A DNA stretch of 64,000 bases from the human T2T-CHM13v2.0 reference genome, Homo sapiens. The stretch lies in assembly GCF_009914755.1 (NCBI RefSeq), contig NC_060942.1. One strand, 5' to 3'. Under the pieces are notes generated by a model, which had not been told where the DNA came from, did not search any database, and worked only from the letters and a program-made list of their open reading frames with translations. This document shows, one piece after another, positions 18,062-33,769 of this stretch; the stretch's first letter is position 1, and every line of letters begins with the position of its first letter. Made by a program: the position numbers and the translations under genes.

Positions 18062-19951
18062 GAATTTTTAATGTAGTTGTAATCATACCAAATGTGTAAC
18101 TTTGTAAGTTGCATTTTGTTGATGATTATATTATAAACATTATTCTAAGACATATTAGAATCTGAAAACAGAACATTTAATGGTTGCATAGTCTTTCTAG
18201 TAGACATGTTATTATTGTTCAATTATGTGGCTTTCCATTTTTTAGATTATAAGCAATCCTAGGATGAATACCTTGGGGCAAAGACTTTTTCACATTCACT
18301 TCCTGAAGTTCTGTATCACACGATGGAACTGCTTGGTTAAAGATTTTAAATACTTTAAGGTTCTTTACAGTGTGGAATTTACTCTCCAAAAGAGTGATTA
18401 TATACGTGTATACTACAACAGCATTTTGTGTCCATTTAGCAACATAATCATATAAAAATCTTTTTTGCTAATTTCAAAAATGGAAAAAAGTATGTCTAAC
18501 TTGAATTTGTTTTTCTTTGATAAATACTAAGGTTGTGTTTGGTGTATATTCTATTACGAAAAAACTTTTTTAAGTCTTGCTTTAAAATGGGATGTTAAAG
18601 TTATAAAACTAGAATAACTAAATATTTTAAAATACGAATGAAAAACACAAAAATCAGTGTTTTCATGACATCATACATAACTCACAAAGAATAATTTGGA
18701 AAATCTGAATAACAATTCTGAAATACAGTAAGTTACAAAAGTTTTATGACTTACTAGTTGGTGATTGCTAGAACCCATCAAGGGTTTTAGTAACCCAATT
18801 GTATAACAGTTTACAATTAAAACAGCATGAGAAAAAAATCTGAAAACAAGAGTATCTGGATCAGTCATTGTATCTATTTTTGGCCAAGCAATTTCTCCAT
18901 GCAATTTCTATTTTTATTAACAAACAAAAGCAGTTTCAAAAATATTATTATATATATCACAAAATACCATAAGACTTCACCTGTTTGTCCTAAGATTCTT
19001 TCAACATATATAACATTTAAATAATAATTATCATACTTTCTAGTGATTAATACATTTTTCTACATTCTGCCAGATAAACTAAATATTGATGTCATGAATT
19101 CATGGTAAACACTATAGTGTTTGCAAACTGACAAGTTTATGTCATTTTTCTAAAATTTTACCACAGAAAATATCATTTTATATTACAGGTGCTGAGTGAT
19201 TTATTACGCTGGAGCAAAAGAACTAGTGTAAACTATGATCAAGGAACATAAAAATCACTGTAATGAAATGCTTATATGTGCTTAAAAGCTTCATGTGAAC
19301 TTTTTAAAGTCTCTGCATCCCAGTTTCATCATGTATTGAAAATCTATTTTACAAAATGTAAAAATAGGGAAAAACAATATTAGCACTTCCTACGCTTTCC
19401 CTCTGTCCTTGCCCAATATTCCAGCCTCTAGTATCCTTAACTGAGGGATTTCACCCAGCCTCACAGCATCAATTAATACTAGGGTATGGATAATTTCCAA
19501 AATCTGTATTTAGAGCTTGATTCCTGCTCCTGAGCTTTAGATTCAGATTTCCGATTGTCTATACAGTCACACCATGATGCTGTTCTACAGACAGCTCAAA
19601 CTCAGCAGATCCACAACTGAACTTGACCCTCATCCTATGAGCAGCAGTTTAGTAAATCATAATATATGTCCAACATCCGTTCAACTTAATTGTTGAATGA
19701 TTCAACTTCCATTGTACCTTAATGATTCAACTTCCATTGTACCTTAAACCCCTAACTTCCTTCCATTCCTATCTTGTCAATCTTAAAGCAGTATTTCTCA
19801 AGGAGGACACTGGGAAGGATAAATCTTACCCTGGTTAGTGATAGATTCTGTGCCAGACTGCCTGGGTTCCATCCTAGCTTCAATGTTTACTAATTCTGTT
19901 ACTTGGGGGAAGTATCATTCTGATTCAGTTTCCTCATGTGAAAATGAGATA

Positions 19952-20277
19952 CAGGTGCTCCTCAACTTAAGCTAATGCTACATCCCAATAAACCCACCAT
20001 AAGTTGAAAATATCTTAAGTCAATTTCCATTTACACCTAACCAACCAAACATCATAGCTTAACCTAGCCTATCTTAAATGTACTCAGAATATTTACATCA
20101 GGCTACAGTTTGACAAAATTATCTAACACAAAGCTTGTTTTATACTAAAGTGCTGAATATCTCATGTAATTTATTGAATACTGTTGCTGAAGTATGGTTT
20201 CTATTGAATGCGTATAGCTTTCACACCATCATAAAGTCGAAAAATCCTAAGTCAAACCACTGCAGCCGAAGTATCTG
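19952..20277 (+). mobile_element. MER47A-like Tigger (Tc1/mariner) MITE inside a MIR
   Basis: CAG...CTG ends with TA on both sides; cccaataaacccaccataagttgaaaatatc. Confidence 0.85.
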
Positions 20278-20451
20278 TAATAACAGTACCCGCCATATCA
20301 GGCTGTTTTAAGAATTAAATGAGCGAACACTGATAAATTATTTAAAACAGTGCCTTGCATACACTAAGTACATAATAACTGTGAGCGGGTAGTCATGAGG
20401 AAAGCAATGGTGCAAGACCTTATCATTTGCTTGAACAACTGCAACAGTCTG

Positions 20452-20609
20452 GTTTTTTTGTGTGTTTTTTTTTGTTTTGTTTTTTGAGACAAGGTATTGC
20501 TTCTTCACCCAGACTGGAACGCAGTGGTGTGACTGAGGTTCGCTGGAGCCTTGATCTCCTTGGCTCAAGTGATCCTCCCATATCAGCCTCCTGAGTAGCT
20601 GGGACCTAT
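20452..20609 (-). mobile_element. Alu right-monomer fragment (AluJ/FRAM)
   Basis: T-tail followed by a reverse right arm. Confidence 0.8.
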
Positions 20610-22597
20610 ATCCTGTGGCATTTTTCTTACTCCAATTATCCAGGCCATAACAAACATACATAATAGCGGAAGGAGAAGATAGGACTGATGATGGAAATGG
20701 CAATTAAAAATACATGGTGCTATTTTCCCAACAAGAAAATGCATGGGAAACTACACATGGAAAACATACCAACAAACTTATGAAAAATCCTTATGAAATT
20801 TTCTAACTCTTGGTTTAGGATATTTATCTTCTAAAATATTTTTTATTCCCACTTTTATAATGTCAAAAACATCTTATAATTCCCACAAGAATTATTCCTG
20901 AATTTAAAAATATCATATATAAAACAACTATACATTTAAAAATCACTATACTATTCATGACATTACCAAAAAAATATATAAAATTCCTGAATTTCAAACT
21001 TGGGGAAAAGGATTTGATTATTTTCTTCCCCTCTTTTCAGATACTTGTGACTGGTGTGACAAACTGAGGACTTTCAGAGATATCATCTTTGGAGATGATG
21101 AGATTTGCTTGTGGTAAAAAGTATAAACAAAGAAATGGCTGGAAGCCAGCCAGGAGGAATGCCAAAGAAACTCCTAAATGATCAGACCACAGAGCTAGTA
21201 ACATAATTAAAACCACTAGGCCACGGAAGGTATTTTACATTTAAACAAGGAACTTTAGAACAGATGGGGTCCATAAGAGATCAGGGGGAAAAGCTACCCA
21301 ACTCCAGAATCACTGCATAGGTAACAGTGTTAGCTCAGGGCACAGCTGGATACTCACATGCAGCCACAGAGATCAAGAAAAAAAAGAAAAGAAAAAAAGG
21401 TAGAAGAGTTCATTTAGGTTGATATGAGGAAAAAATTATCCTTTGTTTTCACATTACAAAAGTGGGTTTTGAGTCATTAAAATATTTTAATAAAATGTTT
21501 AAAATATTCATTAAATTCTATAAGCCCATTATTTCTAGAGGGCTATAATATTTTATTATTACATTTGCATCTACTGTCCCTTAGCTAAAATACATTTTCT
21601 TTAATATATTTAACATGAAAAATGTAAGGCAAAAATAAACTATTAAGTTTCTTCTATTTGGCTTCAAAATAAGAAGTCATCATAAAGAAATATTAAAATA
21701 TAAGTATACAACGATGTTTCATTGGAAATGCAGATCTCCCCACTCACTCCCTGCAAAATTCCCTTCCAAGGACAATGCAAAGCCAATATTGGAAAGCACT
21801 TTCTATTAGCTCTCAACACCTGGCTTTCTCTCCCCTTGCCTCAATTCCTTACTCCCTTCTCTCCCTCCCTCAGTGGCGTGCTGAGGGCTGCTCACACCAG
21901 CTCCCGAGAGCAGATGGTGTACAACTCTTCCCTTTCTCTAGTCGCATCATCCTTGGTAGCTTGAGATTGATCATAGTGAGCGTATTTATACCAATGAAAT
22001 TGGCAAAGGCTATTAATGGGAGTCTTTCCCTCTCTCAGAGAGCTGAGTCTCTTGTTAGCACATCACTGCCATACTTTCCCACCTTAAGTCCACATTCTTA
22101 GCTGTCTCAGACCCACTGCAGCCCATAGCAATTAGTGTCAAGTTAATGAAAGCTAGTATATTGGCTGTTACTACCTCAGAAGTGCGTTGAGCTGAAGACT
22201 TCTTGCGTCTCCATCTCAGCTGCTCTCTGAGGTATCAACAAATCAAAAGTTCTCTTTCCAACACTGCCTTCACTGAAGTTGTCTTATTTAACTTCCTATA
22301 AATTTGCATCCCTCATCTGTGGGTTTGGTGCTCCTCAACTGTTCTTACAAAAACAGTCACTCATAATACATTGAATTATCCCTTATCATGCTGTATCATT
22401 TGCTATACTGTCTATATGTTCCCATTAGACTTTGTGTCCAACAAGGGCAGGCACTACGTCTATCTTTTCCAACATCCAGTATAGTGCCTGGGACACAGTA
22501 GGAAAACAATAAATACTGGTTAAGTAAATCAATGAAGCATTGTAAGATAATTACTCTGCAATGGCTGAAATGATGACAAATGTAAACTATTAATTTC

Positions 22598-23059
22598 TGT
22601 TGAGAGTTAAATTGTGTCCCCCAAAAAGGTCCTAACCCCTGGTATCTGGGAATGTGACCTGATTTTGAAATAGTGTCTTTGTAGACATCATCAAGCTGAA
22701 GCACATTAATACTAAATTAGGGTGAACCTTAAATCTAGTGACTGGTGTCCTTGAGAGGGAGATCTGGAGACAGAGACACAAGGAAGAAGACCACTGATGA
22801 CAGAGATAGAGAGTAAAATGATAAAGCTACAAGCCAAGGAAACCGAGGATTGCTTGCAGCCCCCAGAAGCTAGGTAGAGGCAAGGGAAGATTCTACTCTA
22901 AGCCTTTGGAGGGAGCATGGTCCTGGTGACACCTTGCTTTTGGACTCCTAGCCTTAATTTTGGACTTTAGTCTCTAGAACTGTGAAAGAATGTATTTCTG
23001 TTATGCTAAGCCATGTAGGTTGTGGTAGTTTGTTATGGCAACCCTAGAAAACTAATATA
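22598..23059 (+). mobile_element. MLT1B/C MaLR solo LTR
   Basis: tgtt...aattgtgtccccc...gaatgtgacct...tttgttatggcaaccctagaaaactaata. Confidence 0.85.
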
Positions 23060-25337
23060 TCTTCCTATCAACTGCCCAAATTCAGATTGCCCACAAGGAA
23101 AAGTGATGGTTTTACTATTTGTTGTTCATTTTCCCTTTAATCTATGCATAGTTACAGATATGGATAAACTAATGAAGTATTAACTTAAAAAGCAACATGT
23201 TTGAAATACAACATTCTACATAGTAATTTGTGAGGAAAAATTTCCTTTATTGACTAAATTGTTTTTATTGAAAATATCAAGTTTTAAAGAATCTATAAAC
23301 ATGTCATGTTTAAGTTAAAAAAAAAAGAGAGAAATGAGTTGTCTTAATCTGTGCACATTACTTTGCTGTAATTGTTACTATTCATTTTTTTAATGGTTAC
23401 TTAATACTATAGAATAAGGTAAACCACATTTTAGGATTACCAAGAATTTTATCAATTATTCAGGGTCAGCTAGTGTTTAGAGGACAAGATCTCCTAAAAT
23501 GCTGCCCTTTCTTACTCTGATTTTTGTTACAAATTTTTTTTGCTTTCATCTACACATGACCTAATATTTTAGTAATACTTGTCTATTCCTTTTTAGAATG
23601 TCTATTTAAAGGGAAAAATATTTTAAGAGTATAAAGACAGAGAAAGCAGGATAAAAAGTTATTTCTAGAATAATTTTCATTCCTTTAGCATGACCAATGA
23701 TATAGAATCATATCACCCTTCATGTCATAAGTGAATAAATGAATAATATTTTTCTATGTAGGTATGTGATGCACAGAAGTTTTTTTTAAAGATAAATTTC
23801 AGTTTTGAAGCAGAAAATTATGTTTCTTACAAATAATTAGTAAATCAGATAGGTAAACTGGTAGAAAGGTTCACATACAAGCTAGTATTTAAGTTGGGTC
23901 TAAGGGAAGGGCCTTTATCAGCTAAAAGAAACAAATTTTATAAGAGAAACCAAATACTGTTGCCATTTTAGTAGAAAATACAGTTTTTTGTTAAAATTTC
24001 TTTGTTTATCAAATTTATATAATAATTTTCAAATAAAAAAGTAACAAATATTTTTGCTTCTATTGGCAAGGTATATATCTCCTTCCCAATTCCGTATTTT
24101 TCCCCCTAAGATATCTCTGAAGAGATCTTTTTTGCTTTCTTCTTATTCTGTGGCATTTTTTCTTTTAAATTATTTCTTGTCTTACTCCAGCCTCTAAAGT
24201 ATACAATTTTAAACATAAAGTGTTTTTCCTCCTTTTACAGATGGGTGATCCTTTTATGCCTCTCCTGGTCATGTAGCTCCACCTGCTGGTCATCCTTCAG
24301 CATACCATCACCAGGGTCTGCCAGACCCAATTTTAGCTTCAGGTGTTTGTTTTTTAGCAGTTCTCTTTATCAGAATGGATGTTTTATGACTTTTATTCTT
24401 TTTAGAGGTCTTTAAAATATCAAAGAGAAAATTTATTTATTTTTGCAAAAAAATAGGATATGCAATTACCACATGGCCCTGTTAGACCCTTTTACAAGCC
24501 TAAGATAAAGAATCTTGGCAATTTTATTTTTCCTACGTCCTGAAACATTTGCTATTTCATTACCCTAGGAATTATTTTATTATTCACCAATTACTCATAA
24601 CTATGCTAGAAAAGACTGAACAAGACAATGGAAAAATGGTGAAGATACCATTAAACTAAAATCTAATAATGCTGGTGAAATTAATCATGTCACGAAAATT
24701 TTGATACTATGAATTTTCAGATGCCAATGTCCTAGATGAATTTTCTCAAGTTAAGAACAGACAAGTGAACAATATATTTCTAAGAACAAAAAAAAATGAT
24801 GCTTATACAAAAGGAAAGACTTTATTACACAATAGTTTGTGAAAAGAACCTGGGTTATCTTTTTTGCTAAAAGCATGTGTGACAACAGTACTCTTTGATC
24901 TTTTATGTTTATAGGCCCACATTTACTTGATATAGTTTCTAAGAAGACATGCTGACGTTATGTGCATATATAAAAGTGATTAAAAAGAAATATATGATGT
25001 TAATGTGAAAAAAACCCACTGGACTAAAGAAATAAAGGATCGATGGTACTCAGTAAATGGTGATAACTGTTTTTTCTGATAACACCAAACATTAAAGACT
25101 TGTAATGCAGAGCTAACATTTAGTCAATGCCCTCAAATATTCTATTTCAAAATACCTCAAGGGGGAATGAAATTTTTAATGAGTGAAACTAAATACTCTT
25201 AAAAATAATTTAACAAATAATTTCTGTGGTTCACATCTCCCTAAATGATTAAAAAATAATTTTCAATTTAGTATTCCACCTGGTTCTGGTATATTTTCCA
25301 ATTTTATGTAACTGATATAATTAATAAATTCTGATTA

Positions 25338-25467
25338 CAGTCACGCACAGTAGCTCACACCTGCAATCCCAGCACTTTGGGAGGCCAAGGCAGGCAGACC
25401 GCTTGAGCCCAGGAGTTCAAGATAAGCTTGGGCAACATAGGGAGATCCCATCTCTATTAAAAAAAAA
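25338..25467 (+). mobile_element. FLAM
   Basis: Monomer; TSD aaattctgatta. Confidence 0.85.
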
Positions 25468-25489
25468 TGATAAAATAAAATTCTGATTA

Positions 25490-26530
25490 TGATGCTAGCT
25501 AATATCTTTTCCATATGACTGTTAAATTTTATATTTTATAGACCTCACACTTTTACTTATTTTTAAATATTCAGTTCTTTAATCAATGTAGAATTTAGTT
25601 TTGTGAATGAAATGAGGTTACAAGAGCTAGCCTTATTTTTTCCAAATGAATAGTCAATTTTCTTAGTACAAATCTTTCTCCTACTGATTTGAAACACTAC
25701 CTTCAGTCAAAACCAAATCCCATATACAGATTGTCCCAAACTTATGAGAGTTTGACTTAGGATTTTTCAGCTAACATGGAAGTGATATGCATTCAGTAGA
25801 AAGCATACTTTGAGTACCCACACAATCATTTTGTTCTTCACTTTCAATGCAGTATTCAATAAATTACATGAGATATTCAATACTTTATTATACAGTCGGC
25901 TTTATGTTAGATGATTCTGACCAACTGTAGGCTACTGTTAAGTGTTCTCAGCACATTAAAGGTAGGCTAGACTAAGCTATGATGTTCAGTAGGTTAGGTG
26001 TATTAAATCCATTTTGCACTTACATTATTTGCAACTTAGGGATGTAACCCCATCATAAGTCAAGGTGCATGTTGTAGACAAGTGAATCTTATCTCTTTAT
26101 GTACTCACGAATCAGTTCCACTAAATCTATATGTTTGGCCTGCATCAATACTACATTTTTTAGAGTTATAATAGCTTTAGAATGTGTTCTGTTATCTAGC
26201 AGAGCAAATCTCTTATCTTGTTCTTCTTTCTCAAAACTAATTAAGCTATTCTTGAGAATTTATTTTTGATATAAATTTTAAAATTATGTTTTTGAGTTAT
26301 ACAAAAATCCTTTTGTTATAATACCATATTCAGTAAGTAATTTGGAGAGGACCGACATTTTTACAGTATTGAACAGTATTATCCAACATTTGTTTGTTTA
26401 TATTGCCTGTTATGTCCTTAATAAAATTTGACAGTTTTCTTTACAATATACATTTCTCATTATTTTATTGCTGGGTATTTTATTTCTATTATGAATAGTA
26501 TCCTTTTCCAATTACATATTCTACTGAATT
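25490..26530 (-). mobile_element. Old L1M ORF2 fragment, interrupted by MER47A
   Basis: T-rich reverse L1 ORF2 signature (ttggagaggaccgacatttttacagtattga). Confidence 0.65.
25727..26074 (-). mobile_element. MER47A-like Tigger MITE
   Basis: Reverse complement of the 19952-20277 element; TA flanks. Confidence 0.85.
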
Positions 26531-26895
26531 TGTGCCAATGATTAGAATATCTATTTATTTTGATAAACATACTTTTAAAAATAAGTTTTATCAAAGCAAT
26601 ATATGCACATATTTTTTAAAAATCAAACACTACACAAGGGCATAATAACTCTTTTTCATTTCTCAGTTCACCAACCCAGACCAAAAACTTTTACATGTGT
26701 TTGTTTTTAGTTATTCCGGTACTTGCCTACATTTTTAAAAAACATGTTCTTCTTACTTTTTCTTGACTTGATGACTGGGGGTACTTTTTGTTGACCCCTT
26801 GTTGTCTCTGGCTTTCCTCCCCACTCAATTTGGCTATATCATATTTTTACCTCCTCTTTTGGTGACCTTGGTTACTTTCATAATCTAATACCTAA

Positions 26896-27197
<302 letters not shown>

Positions 27198-28372
27198 CTA
27201 ATACCTAAACCTCTGACGAATTCAACTAAAGATAAAATTCTCCATATTCTATTTCATGAAGACAATAGCACCGCTACTATTCCATGTACATTTCCTTCCC
27301 TCTCTGCCTTCCAACCTGTTAACTGCACTTGTACATTTTCAAGGCTGCTAACATTTGCATTCTATTCTGTAATCATAATTCATTCTTCCCTGCTTTGTCC
27401 AAGGATTGACTCTAAAAGCTGAAAACCAATACTTATATCACATGACTATTTAAATACTGTCCACTGAAAAACAAAGTTTTATGCTACAATTAGATTTTCT
27501 CATCTATTTCTTTAAAGCCTTGATCCACATGACAATGTTCAAATGAATTCCCTTTCTCACACTCCTAGCAACTGTTCAAAATCATGCCACATCTGAGGGT
27601 GCTTTATATTTGAAGCATGCTTTCTTGTAAAGTTTGAAATGTTTCTTTCTCCCTTAAGTTTCTGATTGTCATTGTTTTTTTTGATGGGCGGGCGGATGAA
27701 GAAATGTATGCTTTCTATGTATACATCATGTCCTTAATTTCCTCCAGCTTCTTACTCAATCCATCTACTACTTAAAATTCATTTCATTTAGTTTGAGGTC
27801 CACTCACTTCCTATTCTAATTTGGAGGATCTGCCTCTCATTTGGACCATTCTTATACAACTTATCTTTAAGTTTTTTGTTGCATTCTTATGAAATATTTA
27901 TTTTCTTATTAAATGTAGAAGTTATTTTTAATGCATCTAGTACCTTTCTACATTTTGCAAAGTTAATGCTGCTTTTGTTTTATGGATGCAATAGTTTCTT
28001 AAATATTTCTGAGAATTTTAATGTTTTTAGGTTTGGTTCTGTTCCTTGAATTTCATATGACCTCAAGAGTCCATTTCTCATGTTATCTTAGATTTTTTTG
28101 ACCATATTGCAGGCTTTTAGCAAGTGGTGATTTTTAGCCAGACAGGTCTACAGGCAGGGCTGGTCACTATGCTCTAGAGTGGGTGAACCAGTACATGGGA
28201 ATCAGCCATCCCGCCAGACCCCCAGAGGACACAGTGGCTTTGAATATGTATGTGCAGGCAGACACTGAACATCAAAATAGGGGAAGTCTATGATCAGTTA
28301 CCATGCCACGTGGAAAAAGGGGTAGCAGTGTGCACCTGAACCCTTGATGAAGAGTCCTTCCCTAACTAGCCT

Positions 28373-28626
28373 TTCTTTCTTTTCTTTTGTTTTTTCTTTG
28401 TCTTTTTTTTTTTTTTTTTTTTTTTTCAGACAGGGTCTCACTCTGTTGCTCAGGCTGGAGTGCAGTGGTGGGATCTTGGCTCACTGCTGCAACCTCTGCC
28501 TCTCTGGTTCAAGTGATTCTCATGCCTCAGCCTCCCGAGTAGCTGGGATTACAAGCAGGTGCCACCATGGCTGGCTCATTTTTATATTTTTTGGTAGAGA
28601 CAGGGTTTCACCACACTGGCCAGGCT
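28373..28626 (-). mobile_element. Alu, 5'-truncated
   Basis: Long T-rich tail followed by reverse Alu. Confidence 0.9.
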
Positions 28627-29122
28627 CCTAACCAGCCTTTCTAAAGTGGCTGGTCTAAAGTAACCCTCACTTATTCTCACTCTCAACAGCCGGTGTATTT
28701 TCTTCATAAAAGGAATTGATAATGTATTTCTTATTCACTTCTTCATTTGGTTATAGTTTGCCTGTGACACTACTGTACAAATAAACTCTATGAATGCAAA
28801 GCCTTTGTCTATCCTGTTCACTGCTATATCCGCAAAACACATACTAGTCAATCAATATTTCTTGAAAAACATATGAACATTTATATATTCCTCAGAACCA
28901 ATTCCATTAACAAATCTCAATTCTACTATACTACAATAAAAGAAAATTAGAATTAGCAGAAGAGATGTAAATAACATAATATCCTAATGATATATTTAGG
29001 GTAATCAATTTTATATGATTATAACTTGCAAAATCCTAATTTCATTTTATTTTTACTCTCCTATACACATATATATACACACATAAAAACTCAAGTATAC
29101 AACCACAGTATTCAGAGGGTAA

Positions 29123-29431
<309 letters not shown>

Positions 29432-29734
29432 GCCTTTCTAATTTATGAATATCACACTAGTGCAACAGAAGTTGTCAAAAATAACTCCAATGAAGTCATT
29501 CAATCACATCCTTAAGATTCATAGATAAAACAATTTCTATTTAATTGGTCAATAGCAAAATCCTTGCTAATTGAATGTGAACCTCAAAGATGCAAGCCCA
29601 CATATGCAGTCAGTAGTGCAGAGCCAGGTCTGTGATCTAGATCTTCCCTTTCCTGATGCAAGGAAAACACATCTTCCTGGACCTGGGACAGCAAAATCTG
29701 CTGCTCACCAAAGTCAGCTCTCTTCTTTGCCTAC

Positions 29735-30570
<836 letters not shown>

Positions 30571-31027
30571 TGAGACCCAAGCCCCTCTTTCTAATTAATT
30601 AACTGATATCTTCAAACGTAAGTTGAACTTAGTAACATTCATCTTTGTCTCCTGAACTAGTTCTTCTTTCAAAAAGCCATATGGTACCAGCATCTTCCTA
30701 ATCAACCAAGCCAAGTGCCAGGAAGTCACACTCTTTCCTGCCCCCACACCTTCCTAGCCAACCAGTCAAGCCCTGTGGAGTTCACCTGCTTAATATTTCT
30801 CATGTATCTCTCCATTCCCTCATCCCTCTTCCAGCCATTCAAAGTTATCTAGCACCTGGCTCATTATTTAACAACAGCAATAGAAGAGGATTTCAATTTG
30901 GAGTTTACACTAATGTATATAAAATGGCAAACTGTATAAGTAAACTAATCCTATCACTCAGTGAAAAATTGCAAACTCAGTGGAAAATTCTTTCCTTCAA
31001 GTTAATAAAAAAATGTAAGGGACTTAC

Positions 31028-31083
31028 TTAAATGGTGTAAACAAAAATGGTAAAGTAACTTCTTTCTTCTGAGTCATTTTCAC
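31028..31083 (-). CDS. PIGN: PIGN coding exon 11 (c.1117-1172)
   Basis: VKMTQKKEVTLPFLFTPFK; CCCAG|GTG ... TAA|GTAAGT. Confidence 0.96.
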
Positions 31084-31716
31084 CTGGGAACCAAGTATGA
31101 AAATATTACAAATGAGAAAAATAATGAATTCCATTTTGAAATATAAACATCCATTAAAATGATTCTTTAGGGATGGTTAACCACTTTGAAAATAAATGGA
31201 ATTTTATGTTACTATATTGTTTCATAAATATTTAAAGAAAAATTTAACATTTTCTTACTATCTCAATAAGCTGAGAATTAAACATATCAATCTTGCAAAG
31301 TAACATACTGTAATTAAAACTGTACTTCCTTAACTCTGAAAATAAAACAAGCCAAACCGCTTATTCTTAAAAGCATTAAGAATAACAGAAGGTTTTAGTC
31401 AAAGGGTCACCTCTTTAAATTCTTAAGGAATCTCATAACATACATGGAATGACAAGAAATGTTGCAATCTCTAATATGATTTCTATGGGGCAAATTCTAA
31501 TAGTTAAAGAATTGACTTGTAGTCTTTGTAAGCATATGTGGTAATCTCACATGCAGTCATACTCCTCAAACACAATTTTATGTCCTCAGACTGAGCCATA
31601 GAACCTACCCTTCAGAAATGTGAAACACAAGTCAAATACATAAAATTTAAAGGTAAATTACAGGGAAATAGTTAAAAACAAAATCAAATATTTTCCCTAA
31701 ATATATTCAATATTTA

Positions 31717-31881
<165 letters not shown>

Positions 31882-32984
31882 TTATTGATAGTATTCAGAC
31901 AGCTCAGGCTATCCTTATAAAACAAAACAGACTTAAAAGCAATAAAGATAAGGCATATGGACAAATAAATAATTGAAATAGTTAAATGAAAAATCTTTTT
32001 AAAACTATAACTGAAAGATGTTCTATTATTTTTCTCACAAAGTAGATGTATTAAGGTAAGCAAAGCAAGAGATGAATTAAATTCAGTAACACCTGGCATT
32101 GGCTGAGAGATAACTACGTGCTAGGTAGTGAACTGAGTGCTTCACGCACAAAAAACAATTACAATGGTAGGCCACAGCCAGCATACTTAAAATAAAAGAC
32201 TTCAGACATATCAGAGTGTACTGTACATAATAAGAGTAAGGACTATTCTGTTAAACTTTTGTTTCATTATACATATACACAAACACTATGACTGTCGGGG
32301 TCATATTACTTAGCATTCTGGGTTAAATAACATTATTTTTTAAGAGTACATTTGATTTCGAAGAGCTAATAAGAGTGGCTGGTTGAAATAGTTATTTTTT
32401 GGCATTTCAGTATCCAGGGCCCATTCTTAACAGCATTACTATTTTCTGTTGAGAAATCTTGCCCATTATATACAGCATGTTAGGTTTATAATCCAGGGAC
32501 CTGCTGATTACAACCCAGGCTAGACCATCTGGAATTTGACTCCTGATAGTCAAGGGATAGAAACTAAGGTATAATGCTACTCTACCCTCATGTCAGTGCC
32601 CTGAGAACAGCTCTGCCATGGGATCATGGCTGTGGTTCCTTCTTCCAAGTCTCCAGATATCCTGGTTCCAGGTTATTACAAGGCTGGTTTTCAAGCACCA
32701 CTTTGTTTCAGCAAATCACCAATATCTTTTCAATAATTTCCCTTTAAACGAAGTCAGTTTTTGCTGCTTGTAATAAAAAAATTACTTATACATTTCTATC
32801 AATTATAACCAGAATACAAAGATATAAATCATACACATTTTAGAAAATTAAAATATTTAAAGAAAAGCTATTTGGCTCATGTTCCATGTTATAGAATATA
32901 ATACACAAGCAATCATGAGGTATTGCATATTTAGAAATAAATATACAGGAATATATAGTTTTAAATGTAATCAAAGATTATATA

Positions 32985-33110
32985 AGCTGGAAGCAGTGGT
33001 GCATGCCTGTAATCCCAGACACTTGGGAGGCTGAGATGGGAGGACTGCTTGAGCCCAGAAGTTCAAGACCAGCCTGGGCAACATAGCAAGACCCCATCTA
33101 AAAAAAAAAA
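32985..33110 (+). mobile_element. FLAM
   Basis: Monomer plus A-tail. Confidence 0.85.
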
Positions 33111-33205
33111 CCCAGATTATTCAGAAACACATAAAAAAGAGTACATTTTACTGTGCAATAGTTTTTTTTTATACTGAGAGTTGATAATAAAATTTTATTC
33201 CTTAC

Positions 33206-33265
33206 CACTGAGTTAAGAGGAAAGGGAACTCCAATAAGGGAAGTCATCAATGGTGCAATATCAGC
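33206..33265 (-). CDS. PIGN: PIGN coding exon 9 (c.964-1023)
   Basis: ADIAPLMTSLIGVPFPLNSV; TGTAG|GCT ... GTG|GTAAGG. Confidence 0.96.
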
Positions 33266-33769
33266 CTACAAATAAAAAAGCTCAATTCTAAGAAGTCTAT
33301 GGACATCAACAAAGAAATTAAATAATGTAATGCAACCATATTTTGGAATATAACCATGATATTTGTTATAATCAGTTACCTTCAAACATGTATTTAATAA
33401 AAAAGATATTAATCTCTAAAAGTGTCATTTGCTAGATGTATATGAACCTATAAAAAAAATTTTGAAAAGAAACCACTAAAGGCCCTAAATGTAAAACATA
33501 CTAAAACAAAAAATTACTTATCCTATTAGCTAAGAATTTGACCATTTTATGTAACAGTTTTTCAGTATTATACAAAGGATGCCTTATTTAGACATAAAAT
33601 GAATATCAAGAGTAGACTTTAACTGGAGAAATGTATATATTAAGTAGAAAAACAAAGTATCAGAAGGAGGTTTGACCAGCCAGTGATGTCCAGAAAAGAC
33701 ATAAACCAGAGAAGAGGCTCTTTAGTCAAAAGATCCCAAATACCATTTTGGATATCTCCTCTTTAAGTT

